From contig OY782391.1 in NCBI GenBank assembly GCA_963677745.1, positions 32,001 to 96,000 of the forward strand: DNA of 64,000 bases, in the 5' to 3' direction. Both the position numbers and the translations under genes were made by a program. Of the stretch, positions 40,004-49,801 are shown piece by piece. Positions within the stretch are counted from its first letter, which is position 1; every line of letters starts with the position of its first letter. Below the pieces are notes generated by a model. That model was not told the origin of the DNA, did no database searches, and saw only the letters and a list, made by a program, of their open reading frames with translations. Source of the stretch: Candidatus Altimarinota bacterium (GTDB lineage: Bacteria > Patescibacteriota > Gracilibacteria > UBA1369).

Positions 40004-42865
40004 ATGGTTGCAGAAACAATCACAACGGGAAACTGGGGCAGAAACAAAAAAAGATTACCGCCGGCGGTTGAATCAATGCCGGATCAACAGGTAAAAAGGG
40101 GAGTTGATTTAGCCGGAACTCAAGTCCAAACGCCAGACGGAGCCTACACAATGAAACCAGCGAGCGCAGGCGGTTTACCCATGGCAAGGGTCGGACAAAC
40201 GATCCCGGAACTGAGACAGCCCAGACTTCCGGCAACAGTCGCCACCTCAGATAATCCGTTAATTCAAAAAGGACAGCCGGTCACTACCGCAACAACCGAC
40301 CCCAGACAAAAGGAGGTCGAAATTATGGTAAAAAGAGCGAAAAACGAAAGCCTCAATGACGAAGATTTGCGCTTTTTGGCCAACAAAGAACTGGAATCGC
40401 GGAATGTAACTACCCCCGTCGCAGCTACCTCACCAACCCCGGTGGTTACACCTGACGACATCAACGCAATGACCCCTGAACAAAGACAGGCTTACGAACA
40501 AAGCGGATTTAATGACATCAGGGACCAGCAAATCGGGGCAATCGACGAATTCGGCCAGGCACAGCAAGATGTGTTTGGAAAAAGGATCGCCGCTGCCGAA
40601 GATCAACTCGCAGAAACAAAGTCACAAACGGAGCTGCAAAATAACGAACTTTTAAAAGCTTTCGAGGCAGAACAACGCCAGGCGGCGGAAGGCTCAAAAC
40701 AAGACATAATAGAGGCCGGAGCCGAAGGAATGAACACTTTACAACGCAGCGCGGCAAGACGTGGAATGAGCCGGTCCAGCGATACTGAGGGGGCCATCGC
40801 GAAAGCAACTGCCAACACTCAAAAACTTGTCGGACAAATTGAACTCGCAACAAATTCGGCAATCAGGACTTATCAGGTTGAACTTTTGGATAAACTGGAC
40901 CAAAAGATGACCAAATTACAGGACAGGGTCACAAATCTTGGTGATGCTGCCGCCGATGCTGAATTGTCGGTTATGAAAGAAAAGCAGAAAACCTATGTCG
41001 ATTTAATGAGCCAGGATCCGACCAATCCCAAAAACATGATCGCCCTTGCCGATAAATTAAAAACTCAGCAATTGGCAGAACTCAAGGAAAACAACGAGGC
41101 CGCAAAAGCCCTTAGAGCTGATGCAAAAGCCAATTTCCAATTTATGATTTCCAGTTTTGGAAGCCAGGCGTTTGCCAATACGTCACCTGAGGAAATGGCA
41201 AATCTTGCCGCAAATCTCGGCGTCCCAGTAAGCACATTATCGAAAATGCCTGCCACCCTGAAAGAACAGGAAAATGACTGGGAAAAACTCAAATATTCCG
41301 CTGATCGTCAATGGGACGCTCAAAAATACGCTCAGGACAGGGAGGATAAATTTGCCATTGAGGATTTGAAAACAAGTAACGATTGGCAGAAATTACTTTG
41401 GCAGGCTGCCCGTGATGACGAAAAATCCAGCAAACAATTGGATAATATTTTGGCATCGGTTGGCATAGATTATGCAGACAAAGCGTCCGGGGCAACACCA
41501 AGCGCGATGACTTACGATGTCCCCGTTCCTCACCCGGTAAGCGGCGACGCTGTTGTTTCTGTGAATACCAACTTAGCCTTGGCGAAGCCCGAAGGTTACA
41601 AATATTCTACCAGCGGTGGTCCTTTGGCCGGTCAATGCGCCTGGTATGCTGAACAACTCACAAATTTGGGAGGCAAAAACTGGACCATCGGTAATACGCT
41701 TTCGGAAAAACAAAATAATCTCGCCGGAAAGGTCAAACAAGGATTGGCGTTTTATCCAGGACAGGACGAAATAAAGGTTGGTCAGACTTTAATTACCAGC
41801 GATTCCCAGACTTATGGCCACGCTGCCGTTGTGAACGGAATTACTGCCGATGGAAAACTGATTTTGACTGAATCAAACTATGCCGGTCCGCTCAAAGTCA
41901 CAAATACCAGAACGGTTGACCCCAACGATCCGAAGATTATCGGAATCCTGAAAACCACCCCGAAACCCCAATATCAGATCGCCAAGGCGGCGGTCAACGC
42001 GATCGGATCCGTCACCGACAAACTGGGACCGCTTGGGAAACTTGTTTCAGGGATTGGAAAAGAAAACCCCAATATCGGCGAATCAATTGCACAGACTTTG
42101 GCCGGTTTCTTGCCCTCAGGGGAGACCCCGGAACAACCGACGGAAACACCGACCGAACAACCGGGACAAAATGCTTTGAACGAAACGCAAATCAGGGGAA
42201 TTGACAGCCTTTCAGCGGACGAAAAAGCATTACTCAGACAGCAAGCCCCGGAGGTTTGGAATATGTATTTGCAGAGCGGAGGGGCAAAAGACCAGGCGAG
42301 CGCGTCTGATGTCAGAATGACCAGAAAAGAGGTTTATTCCATGCCGGTAGTCAAGAACTTTGAGGCGTTAAACGACACTTTCGAAAAGATGGATTCCTCC
42401 TACAAGGCATATAAAAAAGGCTCCATTGCCAAGGGCGGCGTCGATCAGGCGTTGGTGATGATGTTTAATAAGATGCTGGATCCGACCTCAGCCGTTAGGG
42501 AGGGCGAATATGCAAGAACAGCGCAGGGACAGTCTGCCCTTGATCGAGCCCAGCAGTATGTCGCCCAGTTATCTCAGGGGGGCGCAGGTATTACAGACAA
42601 AACCAGATCCGACATGGTTGACCTTGCGAAAGAATTACAGGGCGCGGCGCAGCAACAGTTTAACAGCCAAATGAAATTTTACGTCGATCTGGCCCCGGAA
42701 CTTGGCACGACACCTCAAAATCTCCTTGGTGCTTATTATCAGTATTACCAGCCCGGACAGACGGGAGGTCAGAGCGTAAAAGTCCAAGGCCCAGACGGCA
42801 ATTTGTATGAAATGACCCCGGAGGACGCTCAACTTGCAGTCCAACAGGGCGGAAAAATAATCTAA
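40004..42865 (+). CDS. Virion ejection-like protein with CHAP peptidoglycan hydrolase domain
   Basis: Long helical/coiled-coil protein; GQCAWYA...YGHAAVV...ESNY CHAP motifs near 41630-41950. Confidence 0.75.
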   Translation: MVAETITTGNWGRNKKRLPPAVESMPDQQVKRGVDLAGTQVQTPDGAYTMKPASAGGLPMARVGQTIPELRQPRLPATVATSDNPLIQKGQPVTTATTDPRQKEVEIMVKRAKNESLNDEDLRFLANKELESRNVTTPVAATSPTPVVTPDDINAMTPEQRQAYEQSGFNDIRDQQIGAIDEFGQAQQDVFGKRIAAAEDQLAETKSQTELQNNELLKAFEAEQRQAAEGSKQDIIEAGAEGMNTLQRSAARRGMSRSSDTEGAIAKATANTQKLVGQIELATNSAIRTYQVELLDKLDQKMTKLQDRVTNLGDAAADAELSVMKEKQKTYVDLMSQDPTNPKNMIALADKLKTQQLAELKENNEAAKALRADAKANFQFMISSFGSQAFANTSPEEMANLAANLGVPVSTLSKMPATLKEQENDWEKLKYSADRQWDAQKYAQDREDKFAIEDLKTSNDWQKLLWQAARDDEKSSKQLDNILASVGIDYADKASGATPSAMTYDVPVPHPVSGDAVVSVNTNLALAKPEGYKYSTSGGPLAGQCAWYAEQLTNLGGKNWTIGNTLSEKQNNLAGKVKQGLAFYPGQDEIKVGQTLITSDSQTYGHAAVVNGITADGKLILTESNYAGPLKVTNTRTVDPNDPKIIGILKTTPKPQYQIAKAAVNAIGSVTDKLGPLGKLVSGIGKENPNIGESIAQTLAGFLPSGETPEQPTETPTEQPGQNALNETQIRGIDSLSADEKALLRQQAPEVWNMYLQSGGAKDQASASDVRMTRKEVYSMPVVKNFEALNDTFEKMDSSYKAYKKGSIAKGGVDQALVMMFNKMLDPTSAVREGEYARTAQGQSALDRAQQYVAQLSQGGAGITDKTRSDMVDLAKELQGAAQQQFNSQMKFYVDLAPELGTTPQNLLGAYYQYYQPGQTGGQSVKVQGPDGNLYEMTPEDAQLAVQQGGKII

Positions 42866-42870
42866 AAACC

Positions 42871-44427
42871 ATGCCAAGCGTATTCTCAAAATATCAACCA
42901 GTCAGCTCAGCATCAAGCGTTTTCAGTAAATATAAACCCGTTGAAAAGAGCGGATTTATTGGTGCAAAAGCCCCGGCCCAGACAAACAACGGGGATTGGG
43001 TTTCCAGTACCTTATTGGGACTGGGTAATTTAGGGGCTCAGGCGGCATCAGAAGCGGCCAGATTTGGGGGAAATGCTCTAAATGCTGCCGGACAGATCGT
43101 CGATCCTGTCACAAACATTAATCGCGTCGCCCAGACAGTCAGTCGCATTGGCGGAGGTGACGGAAGCGTAAATATTATCCCGAAAGAATTACAGCTTGTC
43201 GAAGGGGCAACCGGCCTGGTTAAAAAAGGAACAGACTATCTAGCCGACACGGCCGAAAAGACCTCACAGCTTTCAAGCGGAAAAGGGGAGGACGACATTT
43301 CAACACAGGCAGGCCGGGCATTGGGCGTCGGGGCTGGCATAATTGGTACCATGGCCCTAACCCCTCAGGTTTCAATTGATAAAATCAAAAACATTTCCCC
43401 ATTTTTAGGTAAAATCATTCCACAATCGCTGGTTGATACTGCCGTTCAGTCTGGGGGAATTAAAGGCGAAGCCCCAAGCTGGCAAGATTACGCAACGGGA
43501 GCCGCTTTCGATTCCGTTCTTTATGGAGGTGGAAAATTGCTGAGAATGCTATCAAAAAAAGGACTTGCCGGGATCCCCAATTTTACCAATACCCAAAAAG
43601 GCCGATTGGCAGAACAAGGGCTTACAATGGACAAAATCGGAGACACTCTTTATGACCTCGATTTACCAGTTACGAACAACCGGGAGGCTATCAAGTCCAC
43701 AATTTCAAACAAAGTGGCCAAGCTTTCCGGGATCCTCGATGATGCAATCGATTCGGCGGACAACGTCCCTGGACTGGTTAAACGTGGACAGGGTTTTGGG
43801 GCCGTCAAAAGTGCCGATCTAATCGACGGATTACGGGAAAAGACGCTGGACGAACTGGGAAACCTCAAGTTTGGCCAGGCTCAGCAAGTTTCGAATTCAA
43901 TTGAAAACGTCCTGGACGAATTCCAGAAAACGGTCGGGTCCAGGGAATATTTAACCAATGCCCAAACTCAGGCGTTGAAAAAGAAATTAGGCGGAGCATT
44001 GGAAAGTTTTTATAATTCAAACGCCCAGGAAAAAGCCCTGGACGTGGCAAATGATGTTATCAGGGGCAATGCTCAAAAAATCATCGAAAAAAATGTCAAA
44101 GGAGCGGCAGAATTGAACGCCCAGATGTCACCTTTATTGGCAGTACAAAACAGACTGGAAAAGGCCGGAAAATCAAGCGGTTATCTGGGGAATATCATCA
44201 CGGGAACAGGGGCAATGGCCGGGGATTTTGCCAAAGGGAATCTGCCCGGAGCGATGAAAAATGCAGGGATCGCAATTGGCCTGAAAAATCTAATCACCAG
44301 CGATCTTGCTAAAACCGGCCTCGCGAAATTCTCAAAAAGTACCGAAAAGGGTGCATTGGCTCAAATCGGCAAAATCACAAACCCATTAATCAGGACATTA
44401 ATTTTGAAAGGAATTAGCGGCAAGTAA
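42871..44427 (+). CDS. Putative DNA ejection (internal virion) protein
   Basis: G/A-rich helical 518-aa protein with an SVFSKY repeat at the N-terminus; position after the CHAP protein. Confidence 0.55.
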   Translation: MPSVFSKYQPVSSASSVFSKYKPVEKSGFIGAKAPAQTNNGDWVSSTLLGLGNLGAQAASEAARFGGNALNAAGQIVDPVTNINRVAQTVSRIGGGDGSVNIIPKELQLVEGATGLVKKGTDYLADTAEKTSQLSSGKGEDDISTQAGRALGVGAGIIGTMALTPQVSIDKIKNISPFLGKIIPQSLVDTAVQSGGIKGEAPSWQDYATGAAFDSVLYGGGKLLRMLSKKGLAGIPNFTNTQKGRLAEQGLTMDKIGDTLYDLDLPVTNNREAIKSTISNKVAKLSGILDDAIDSADNVPGLVKRGQGFGAVKSADLIDGLREKTLDELGNLKFGQAQQVSNSIENVLDEFQKTVGSREYLTNAQTQALKKKLGGALESFYNSNAQEKALDVANDVIRGNAQKIIEKNVKGAAELNAQMSPLLAVQNRLEKAGKSSGYLGNIITGTGAMAGDFAKGNLPGAMKNAGIAIGLKNLITSDLAKTGLAKFSKSTEKGALAQIGKITNPLIRTLILKGISGK

Positions 44428-44658
44428 AAACAGGAAAATTGCCAAAATAGACAGGGTCAGATAAACGGCGATGGAGTGTTTGCGGATCCATTTTATCAGT
44501 TTTTCATGTTTCTTGGAAAAGGCCGGCCAATTCTTTTCGGCGTGCTGTTCGGTCAGCGACCAAGCGATTATTAGCAGAATTACACAAATCAGCCCAAGGG
44601 CCAATGACGGGAAAAAGCCTGTAAAAATGCCGACGCCTGCCGCGAATATATATTCCAT
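44398..44658 (-). CDS. Small membrane protein (moron cluster)
   Basis: Two hydrophobic segments; likely ATG at 44658. Confidence 0.55.
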   Translation of the reverse strand: MEYIFAAGVGIFTGFFPSLALGLICVILLIIAWSLTEQHAEKNWPAFSKKHEKLIKWIRKHSIAVYLTLSILAIFLFLLAANSFQN

Positions 44659-44668
44659 GGTTTTTTGA

Positions 44669-45088
44669 TTAAATATCGTCGTCTGAATCGTCATCATCAA
44701 TTTGGGTCTGCCCCTCGCGCCCGTTATACCTCACCAGGGCTCGATAAGCCGCGTCCTCGATCATGTTTGGGAGCCAAGTAGCTGAAAGATGGTTTAAAAT
44801 GATTAAACCGATAATCCACCACAAATTAGCCCAGATCCAGCCAAATACAATAAACAGGATTCCAACAACAAAAGCCCCGAGCCTGCTCCAACCCGTGTCA
44901 GTCCCAATATCGATGCTGCCGCCGGTCCAGTCTAAAATCATGGGTTGAAAGATGGCAACGGCAAAAATGAAGCCGACGATCCATAACAAAGCTTTCCAGG
45001 CTGGTTTTGTATTTTCGAACAACCATTTAATTTCGTTGGCAATTCTTTTGAAAATCCCGATTTTTTTTGGTTCGACTTCTTTGGTCAT
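44669..45088 (-). CDS. Membrane protein (moron cluster)
   Basis: Two to three TM segments; ATG at 45088 overlaps the upstream stop (ATGA). Confidence 0.6.
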   Translation of the reverse strand: MTKEVEPKKIGIFKRIANEIKWLFENTKPAWKALLWIVGFIFAVAIFQPMILDWTGGSIDIGTDTGWSRLGAFVVGILFIVFGWIWANLWWIIGLIILNHLSATWLPNMIEDAAYRALVRYNGREGQTQIDDDDSDDDI

Positions 45089-45315
45089 TCGCTTTCTATT
45101 AATTGTCTTTCGTCCTGGTGATGATAATGCTCTACCCGGGGAGTTCCCTGATCTTTCAATGCTTTCGCGACCGATTTCCATTTATCAACCTCGTGACAGA
45201 GTTCCTTTATGCGTTCCTCGTAAGAATAGATCAGAAAGCCAATAATTCCTAAAAAACCACCACAAACAACCCAGAAAAAAGGGTGAGCAATAATGTCTCT
45301 AAGTGTAAGGGTCAT
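45085..45315 (-). CDS. Single-TM coiled-coil protein (moron cluster)
   Basis: TM helix plus a short coiled coil. Confidence 0.55.
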   Translation of the reverse strand: MTLTLRDIIAHPFFWVVCGGFLGIIGFLIYSYEERIKELCHEVDKWKSVAKALKDQGTPRVEHYHHQDERQLIESE

Positions 45316-45449
45316 TTTTTTGATTATTTCAATTTATCCTATTTAAACACAATCATTTGCTATTGGTCAAATGTATTGTCTGAATCATGCCTTGATCCGT
45401 TTTGGTGGGGGTATATGATCGAAAAAATAAATTAAATAACCCACAAATT

Positions 45450-46232
45450 ATGGCAAGAAAACAGCCGGTCCAGCTTTCCTTGATACCTCACGAGATCCAG
45501 TCAAATATCGTCACACAAAGAGCCGTTGACGGATATATTAACGCCACGGCCATGTGTAAGGCGGCCGGGAGGGAGTTTTCAGAATATAAGAGGAACAAAG
45601 CTACTATTGCCTTTATTGACGCCCTTTCTGCCGAGCTGGGAATTTCACAGGACGGCTTAATTCAGTCCATTGTCGGAGGCGTCCCGGAATATCAGGGGAC
45701 TTGGATTCACCCTCAAGTCGCAATCCATTTGGCCCAATGGCTTTCCCCTCAATTTGCTGTCCAGGTATCAAAGTGGGTTTTTGAGTGGCTTTCTGGTGGA
45801 GGAAAGGACACTATGCCCTATCACCTGAGGCGGTACATAGCCAACAGGGGAAATATTCCTCACACTCACTTTTCTATTCTGAATGAGGTTATATTTGGGC
45901 TGGTCGCTCCGTTGGAAAGCCAGGGGTACACATTGCCCGAAAAACTGGTCCCGGACATCTCAGAGGGAAAAATGTTTTCGTCCTGGTTGATCTCAAAGGG
46001 CATAGATCCTAAAAAATTTCCCAGATATTACCATCGTTACGAGGACGGCCGGGTCGTAGATGCCCGATTATATCCCAACGAGGTTTTGGCCGAATTTAGA
46101 CAGCATTTTAATGAGGTTTGGCTGCCGGAAAGGTCAAAACTGTATTTTCAGGAAAGAGACCCAGAGGCTTTGCCATATCTGGAACAGGTGCTAATCGCCA
46201 TCGGTTACAACAAGCCAAAACAACTCAATTGA
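45450..46232 (+). CDS. KilA-N domain DNA-binding protein
   Basis: DGYINATAMCKAAG...QGTWIHPQVAIHLAQWLSPQFAVQV. Confidence 0.88.
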   Translation: MARKQPVQLSLIPHEIQSNIVTQRAVDGYINATAMCKAAGREFSEYKRNKATIAFIDALSAELGISQDGLIQSIVGGVPEYQGTWIHPQVAIHLAQWLSPQFAVQVSKWVFEWLSGGGKDTMPYHLRRYIANRGNIPHTHFSILNEVIFGLVAPLESQGYTLPEKLVPDISEGKMFSSWLISKGIDPKKFPRYYHRYEDGRVVDARLYPNEVLAEFRQHFNEVWLPERSKLYFQERDPEALPYLEQVLIAIGYNKPKQLN

Positions 46233-46253
46233 CGGGGACGGATAATCATTAGC

Positions 46254-46298
46254 TTGCATTTTAAGAATTCCAGCGTATCTTTCGGAATTGGCGCAGGG
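46254..46298 (+). promoter_or_regulatory. Conserved phage promoter, copy 3 (before lysis module)
   Basis: TTGCAT-N16-TATCTT-N8-GGCGCAGGG. Confidence 0.65.
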
Positions 46299-46312
46299 TA
46301 AGAAGTCAATTT

Positions 46313-47167
46313 ATGGCTATCACTTACCTGAGAACACCCGTTTATCGCGGAACAAATGTCGCTGGACAAACTGCAATGGTCAACGGCCAGCCTTATGTTA
46401 TGAGGGGTGCATCTTCTGGCGTGGCAACCCGGACGCTTCCAAACTATGTGCAAGGACGCCCAGTCACCGAAGATGACATCTCCAACGCCCGAAATGCTCA
46501 GGCCCAGGCTGTCGCAACAGTCGGCAATTACACCCCGGACGGGATCCAGATTAATAAAGTCCGCCAAGGGTGGCTTTCAAATCAAAACCCAGAATTGAGG
46601 GGAGGTATTGCCGAGGTTTCTGTTAATGGCAAGCCAATTCGCGTACCAAACGCGCTTTTACAACAAATGATGTTTACCGACGCCTGGAATCAGGGCCGGA
46701 GCAATGAAGTCGGCGATTTTTTCAATGGCAGAGCAAACCCGGATCCGAAAACTTATGGTTACACAAATTATGACGCGACCCAACAGCGTTTTGACAAGAT
46801 TTTAGCCGCAAATCCGCAATGGACAAATGACGCGCCGCTGAATCCTTACAAGGCGGCCGAGGAAAAAGCCCAGGCAGCCGCCGGCCGGTATCAAAAAATT
46901 ATGGACCAGATGGGACAACCCATGAAAGAAAGCCGGGCAGCAGGGGGACAATTTATGGGTGGCGACACTATGGGTGGCTTAAAAAGCGAGGCCGACAAGG
47001 CGTTGGCCGAGGCCCAATCATATTCCCCAGAACTTAACGCGCGCCGGGGCCGGTATTTTGGGGAATTGCAGGGTACGCGAATGCTCGAAGCACAAAGAAA
47101 AGCTTTTGAGGGTGGCGTTAAACCAACCTATTCAAATTTACCGATTCAGGAAAGAATTATTAAATAA
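46313..47167 (+). CDS. Phage late hypothetical protein (possible virion protein)
   Basis: 284 aa, Q/G/N-rich, behind a conserved promoter. Confidence 0.6.
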   Translation: MAITYLRTPVYRGTNVAGQTAMVNGQPYVMRGASSGVATRTLPNYVQGRPVTEDDISNARNAQAQAVATVGNYTPDGIQINKVRQGWLSNQNPELRGGIAEVSVNGKPIRVPNALLQQMMFTDAWNQGRSNEVGDFFNGRANPDPKTYGYTNYDATQQRFDKILAANPQWTNDAPLNPYKAAEEKAQAAAGRYQKIMDQMGQPMKESRAAGGQFMGGDTMGGLKSEADKALAEAQSYSPELNARRGRYFGELQGTRMLEAQRKAFEGGVKPTYSNLPIQERIIK

Positions 47168-47177
47168 CAAATCCAAA

Positions 47178-47375
47178 ATGAAAGATAAATTAATAAAATC
47201 AGCCTTAATCGCATTGGGCGGAGCTTTGATTACTGTTTTGCCCCTTTTAACTGTTGAAATAACCGACTGGCTCACAAAGTCCGATCCTATTGATTGGAAA
47301 ACGCCGGTTGCAATGGCGATAACTGCCGCTGGAACGTGGGCGGTAAACACAATCCGCGAGCTTATTAAAAAATAA
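47178..47375 (+). CDS. Holin-like protein
   Basis: Two TM segments and a basic C-terminus, immediately upstream of the amidase. Confidence 0.7.
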   Translation: MKDKLIKSALIALGGALITVLPLLTVEITDWLTKSDPIDWKTPVAMAITAAGTWAVNTIRELIKK

Positions 47376-47379
47376 ATAT

Positions 47380-47994
47380 ATGCAGGCAATTTTCATTGAG
47401 GCCGGCCATGGAAAGTCTCTTTTAGGCATAAAAAAAGACGTCGGAGCGGTGGGAAAATTTGGCTCAAACGTCTATACTGAAAGATCAATTGTCCTGGAAC
47501 TGGCCCGGCGCATCATCACGATTTTAAAAGCCAAGCCAGAACTCAAACATTGTTTGATTCAAGGGAATGGTGTCGAAACTGATGCGACGATCAGAGCGAA
47601 AATGAAATACGTAAATACAGTAATTCAAGAAAATCGGTTTTTACCTTCCAAGTGTCTTGGTGTTGCAATCCACATGAACGCCAGCGGATCAAATCAACCA
47701 GGCGGATTTGAGACATGGTATCAAGTAAACGGGAAAAGCAAGCCACTTGCTGAATATATGGTTAGGGCTTGGCAAGAATACAAAATCACACCTTTGAGGC
47801 CGAGGCCGCTGAATAACAATAAAAATGGGCGTTACGGGCGATTCTATACCGACGACGCGCTTTGTCCTTACGTCATTATCGAAACTTCTTTTATTTCCAA
47901 TCTTGAGGACGTCAAATCAATTATCTCGAATTATGACCGGGCGGCCGAATGTTTGGCACATGGCATAATGGAGTTTATCAGAGCAAATGGCTAA
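47380..47994 (+). CDS. Endolysin, N-acetylmuramoyl-L-alanine amidase (Amidase_3)
   Basis: IFIEAGHG, ER, AIHMNA and IIETSFISN zinc/catalytic motifs. Confidence 0.88.
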   Translation: MQAIFIEAGHGKSLLGIKKDVGAVGKFGSNVYTERSIVLELARRIITILKAKPELKHCLIQGNGVETDATIRAKMKYVNTVIQENRFLPSKCLGVAIHMNASGSNQPGGFETWYQVNGKSKPLAEYMVRAWQEYKITPLRPRPLNNNKNGRYGRFYTDDALCPYVIIETSFISNLEDVKSIISNYDRAAECLAHGIMEFIRANG

Positions 47995-48379
47995 AAAAAA
48001 CCGTTACTCGCAAACAATCCATCACGTCGTCCCAAGTTCCAGACGGGACGAGGGGTTTGACACTTCAAATAAACGCAATTTAAGGGATCTCCGCAAAACC
48101 TACCATGAAAACTGGCATCGTCTTTTTGCAAACAAAACGCCGGCTGAGATTATTGATTCGGTTGTCCAGATGCAGCACAATGTCATAAATCAAAAGGTCA
48201 GACGGGTAATTGAGGGGCTTTGCGATTTACCAAAATCTGATTTTTACATTCCAGACGTGTTGACCGAATATGCCGACGAAGATTTCGACCCGATGGACGT
48301 TGAGCTGGTCCGGGGAGAATTAAAAAAGCGGATCCAAGAATTACTTGACTGGATCGACGGTTTTAACGGTGATGTTTAG
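47987..48379 (+). CDS. HNH-like endonuclease
   Basis: TIHHVVPSSR...NL......H..WH.LF. Confidence 0.65.
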   Translation: MAKKNRYSQTIHHVVPSSRRDEGFDTSNKRNLRDLRKTYHENWHRLFANKTPAEIIDSVVQMQHNVINQKVRRVIEGLCDLPKSDFYIPDVLTEYADEDFDPMDVELVRGELKKRIQELLDWIDGFNGDV

Positions 48380-49241
48380 AGTGGATTTCCTGTAAATATT
48401 TGTCGGTAACGTGGGTATAAACCTGGGTTGTCGTTATTGAGGCGTGGCCCAAAAGTTGCTGAATTGCAGGCAGGGGAGCACCATTCCTTAAAAGCTCAGT
48501 TGCAAATGTATGGCGCAAACTATGGGGAGTAACTTTTTTCTTTATTCCGGCTTTCAGGGCGTAGGTTTTTACAATTATTTCGATCATCGCAACGCCCAGG
48601 CGTTTACCATTCCCGGAAACAAACAGCGCGTTTGATTTATCAGTCCTAAGGGACAAATACCGATCAAGACTTTTTCGGGCGACGTCCGAGATAAAAACAA
48701 GCCGATATTTTCGGCCTTTTCCTAAAACCCGGACATTGTTACTCAGCACATCGTCCCGATTCAAACTGGACAACTCCCGGACCCGGCAGCCGGTAGAATA
48801 CAAAACCCGGATTATCGCCGTGTTACGAATCGACCTGAACAAATCACAATCTTTTATCTCAAGTAATTTTTTCAGCTCCGGCATTTCCAAATAACACGGC
48901 TCCGGCCTGCTATATTTACAGGTTTCTATTTTATAGTATTTCAGCGTCGGGAAGTCCCGAATAAAACAAAATTTCAGAAATTGTCGGAGGACGATCAGGT
49001 GATACTGGACAGAGTTAAAACCGAGCCCCTTTTCCCTTAGTTTTAGGCGGAAACTATCAATATCCGAGCAATCTATCAGCTTTATATCTTTTCCCCGTAA
49101 AACCTCTAAAAACGCATATAAACAAGACTTGTAGTTTCTGAGCGTAAAAGGGGAGTAATTTTTGATAATTTCTAAATACTCTAGATATTTGTCAATCAAG
49201 TCAAGCACATGGTAAATCCGCCCGTCCACTATTTCACACAT
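48363..49241 (-). CDS. XerC/XerD-like tyrosine recombinase (probable integrase)
   Basis: YLEYLEI.KNYS..TLRNY SAM-like N-terminus; TGCRVREL, GKG.K.R, TPHSLRHTFAT and LLGH....TTQVYTHV. Confidence 0.92.
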   Translation of the reverse strand: MCEIVDGRIYHVLDLIDKYLEYLEIIKNYSPFTLRNYKSCLYAFLEVLRGKDIKLIDCSDIDSFRLKLREKGLGFNSVQYHLIVLRQFLKFCFIRDFPTLKYYKIETCKYSRPEPCYLEMPELKKLLEIKDCDLFRSIRNTAIIRVLYSTGCRVRELSSLNRDDVLSNNVRVLGKGRKYRLVFISDVARKSLDRYLSLRTDKSNALFVSGNGKRLGVAMIEIIVKTYALKAGIKKKVTPHSLRHTFATELLRNGAPLPAIQQLLGHASITTTQVYTHVTDKYLQEIHSKHHR

Positions 49242-49266
49242 ATTTAAACAAAGATTAAATAATTTA

Positions 49267-49434
49267 TTACAAATTTATTAACTTTTGTTTGGATATTGTT
49301 TTTGCGAGCGTAATTATTTCGTCTGCCTGGTCGGTCCCGACTGCATCGTTTAATTGGTCGAAAATTTCGATCATAGAAAGTGTCAGCTCCAACGCCTTGA
49401 GTTTTAAGACGTGAATTTTTTGTTTATTTGTCAT
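49267..49434 (-). CDS. Small phage protein (55 aa)
   Basis: Own translation MTNKQKIHVLKLKALE...; fills the gap in the leftward operon. Confidence 0.4.
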   Translation of the reverse strand: MTNKQKIHVLKLKALELTLSMIEIFDQLNDAVGTDQADEIITLAKTISKQKLINL

Positions 49435-49621
49435 CTGGTTTGTGAAGTTTAAAGGTGGATTTTCTAAGCCGGATCCTGTTTAGAATAATGACCCTCGTTT
49501 TTGGGGTAGGTTGGCAGGGATTGTCCAGGGGATTTGCCGTCCTTAGCGAGCAGTTTTGACATTCCAAAACATCGAATCCTTCGGAGGTTTTAAATCCTGT
49601 CAGGATAAATCGGTGTTTCAT
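49424..49621 (-). CDS. Small phage protein with CxxC
   Basis: ORF track; ATGA-coupled to the upstream ORF. Confidence 0.45.
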   Translation of the reverse strand: MKHRFILTGFKTSEGFDVLECQNCSLRTANPLDNPCQPTPKTRVIILNRIRLRKSTFKLHKPDDK

Positions 49622-49791
49622 GGCATTAAAAGGGTTAAACCCTCGCGCGAGATCATTGTTTTTCTGTCCGATCTGGACAGGTGGTTTCGCAGCCTGAATT
49701 CGTTGATTTTTAAGATTGCATAGAACGCCTGTTTGGAGACGCCTAAATATTTTGCCGCCATTTCGGCGTCAAACCATCGTTTTGGTTTCAT
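49618..49791 (-). CDS. Excisionase-like HTH protein (57 aa)
   Basis: Own translation MKPKRWFDAEMAAKYLGVSKQAFYAIL..., a Xis/HTH_17 pattern; near the recombinase. Confidence 0.6.
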   Translation of the reverse strand: MKPKRWFDAEMAAKYLGVSKQAFYAILKINEFRLRNHLSRSDRKTMISREGLTLLMP

Positions 49792-49801
49792 AAGTTTTGG
49801 A

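Noticed and set aside
37691-42588. Extra GGCGCAGG copies at ~37691 and ~42581
   Set aside because: Deep inside coding regions, encoding Gly-Ala-Gly, without promoter context or the second motif half; probably chance.
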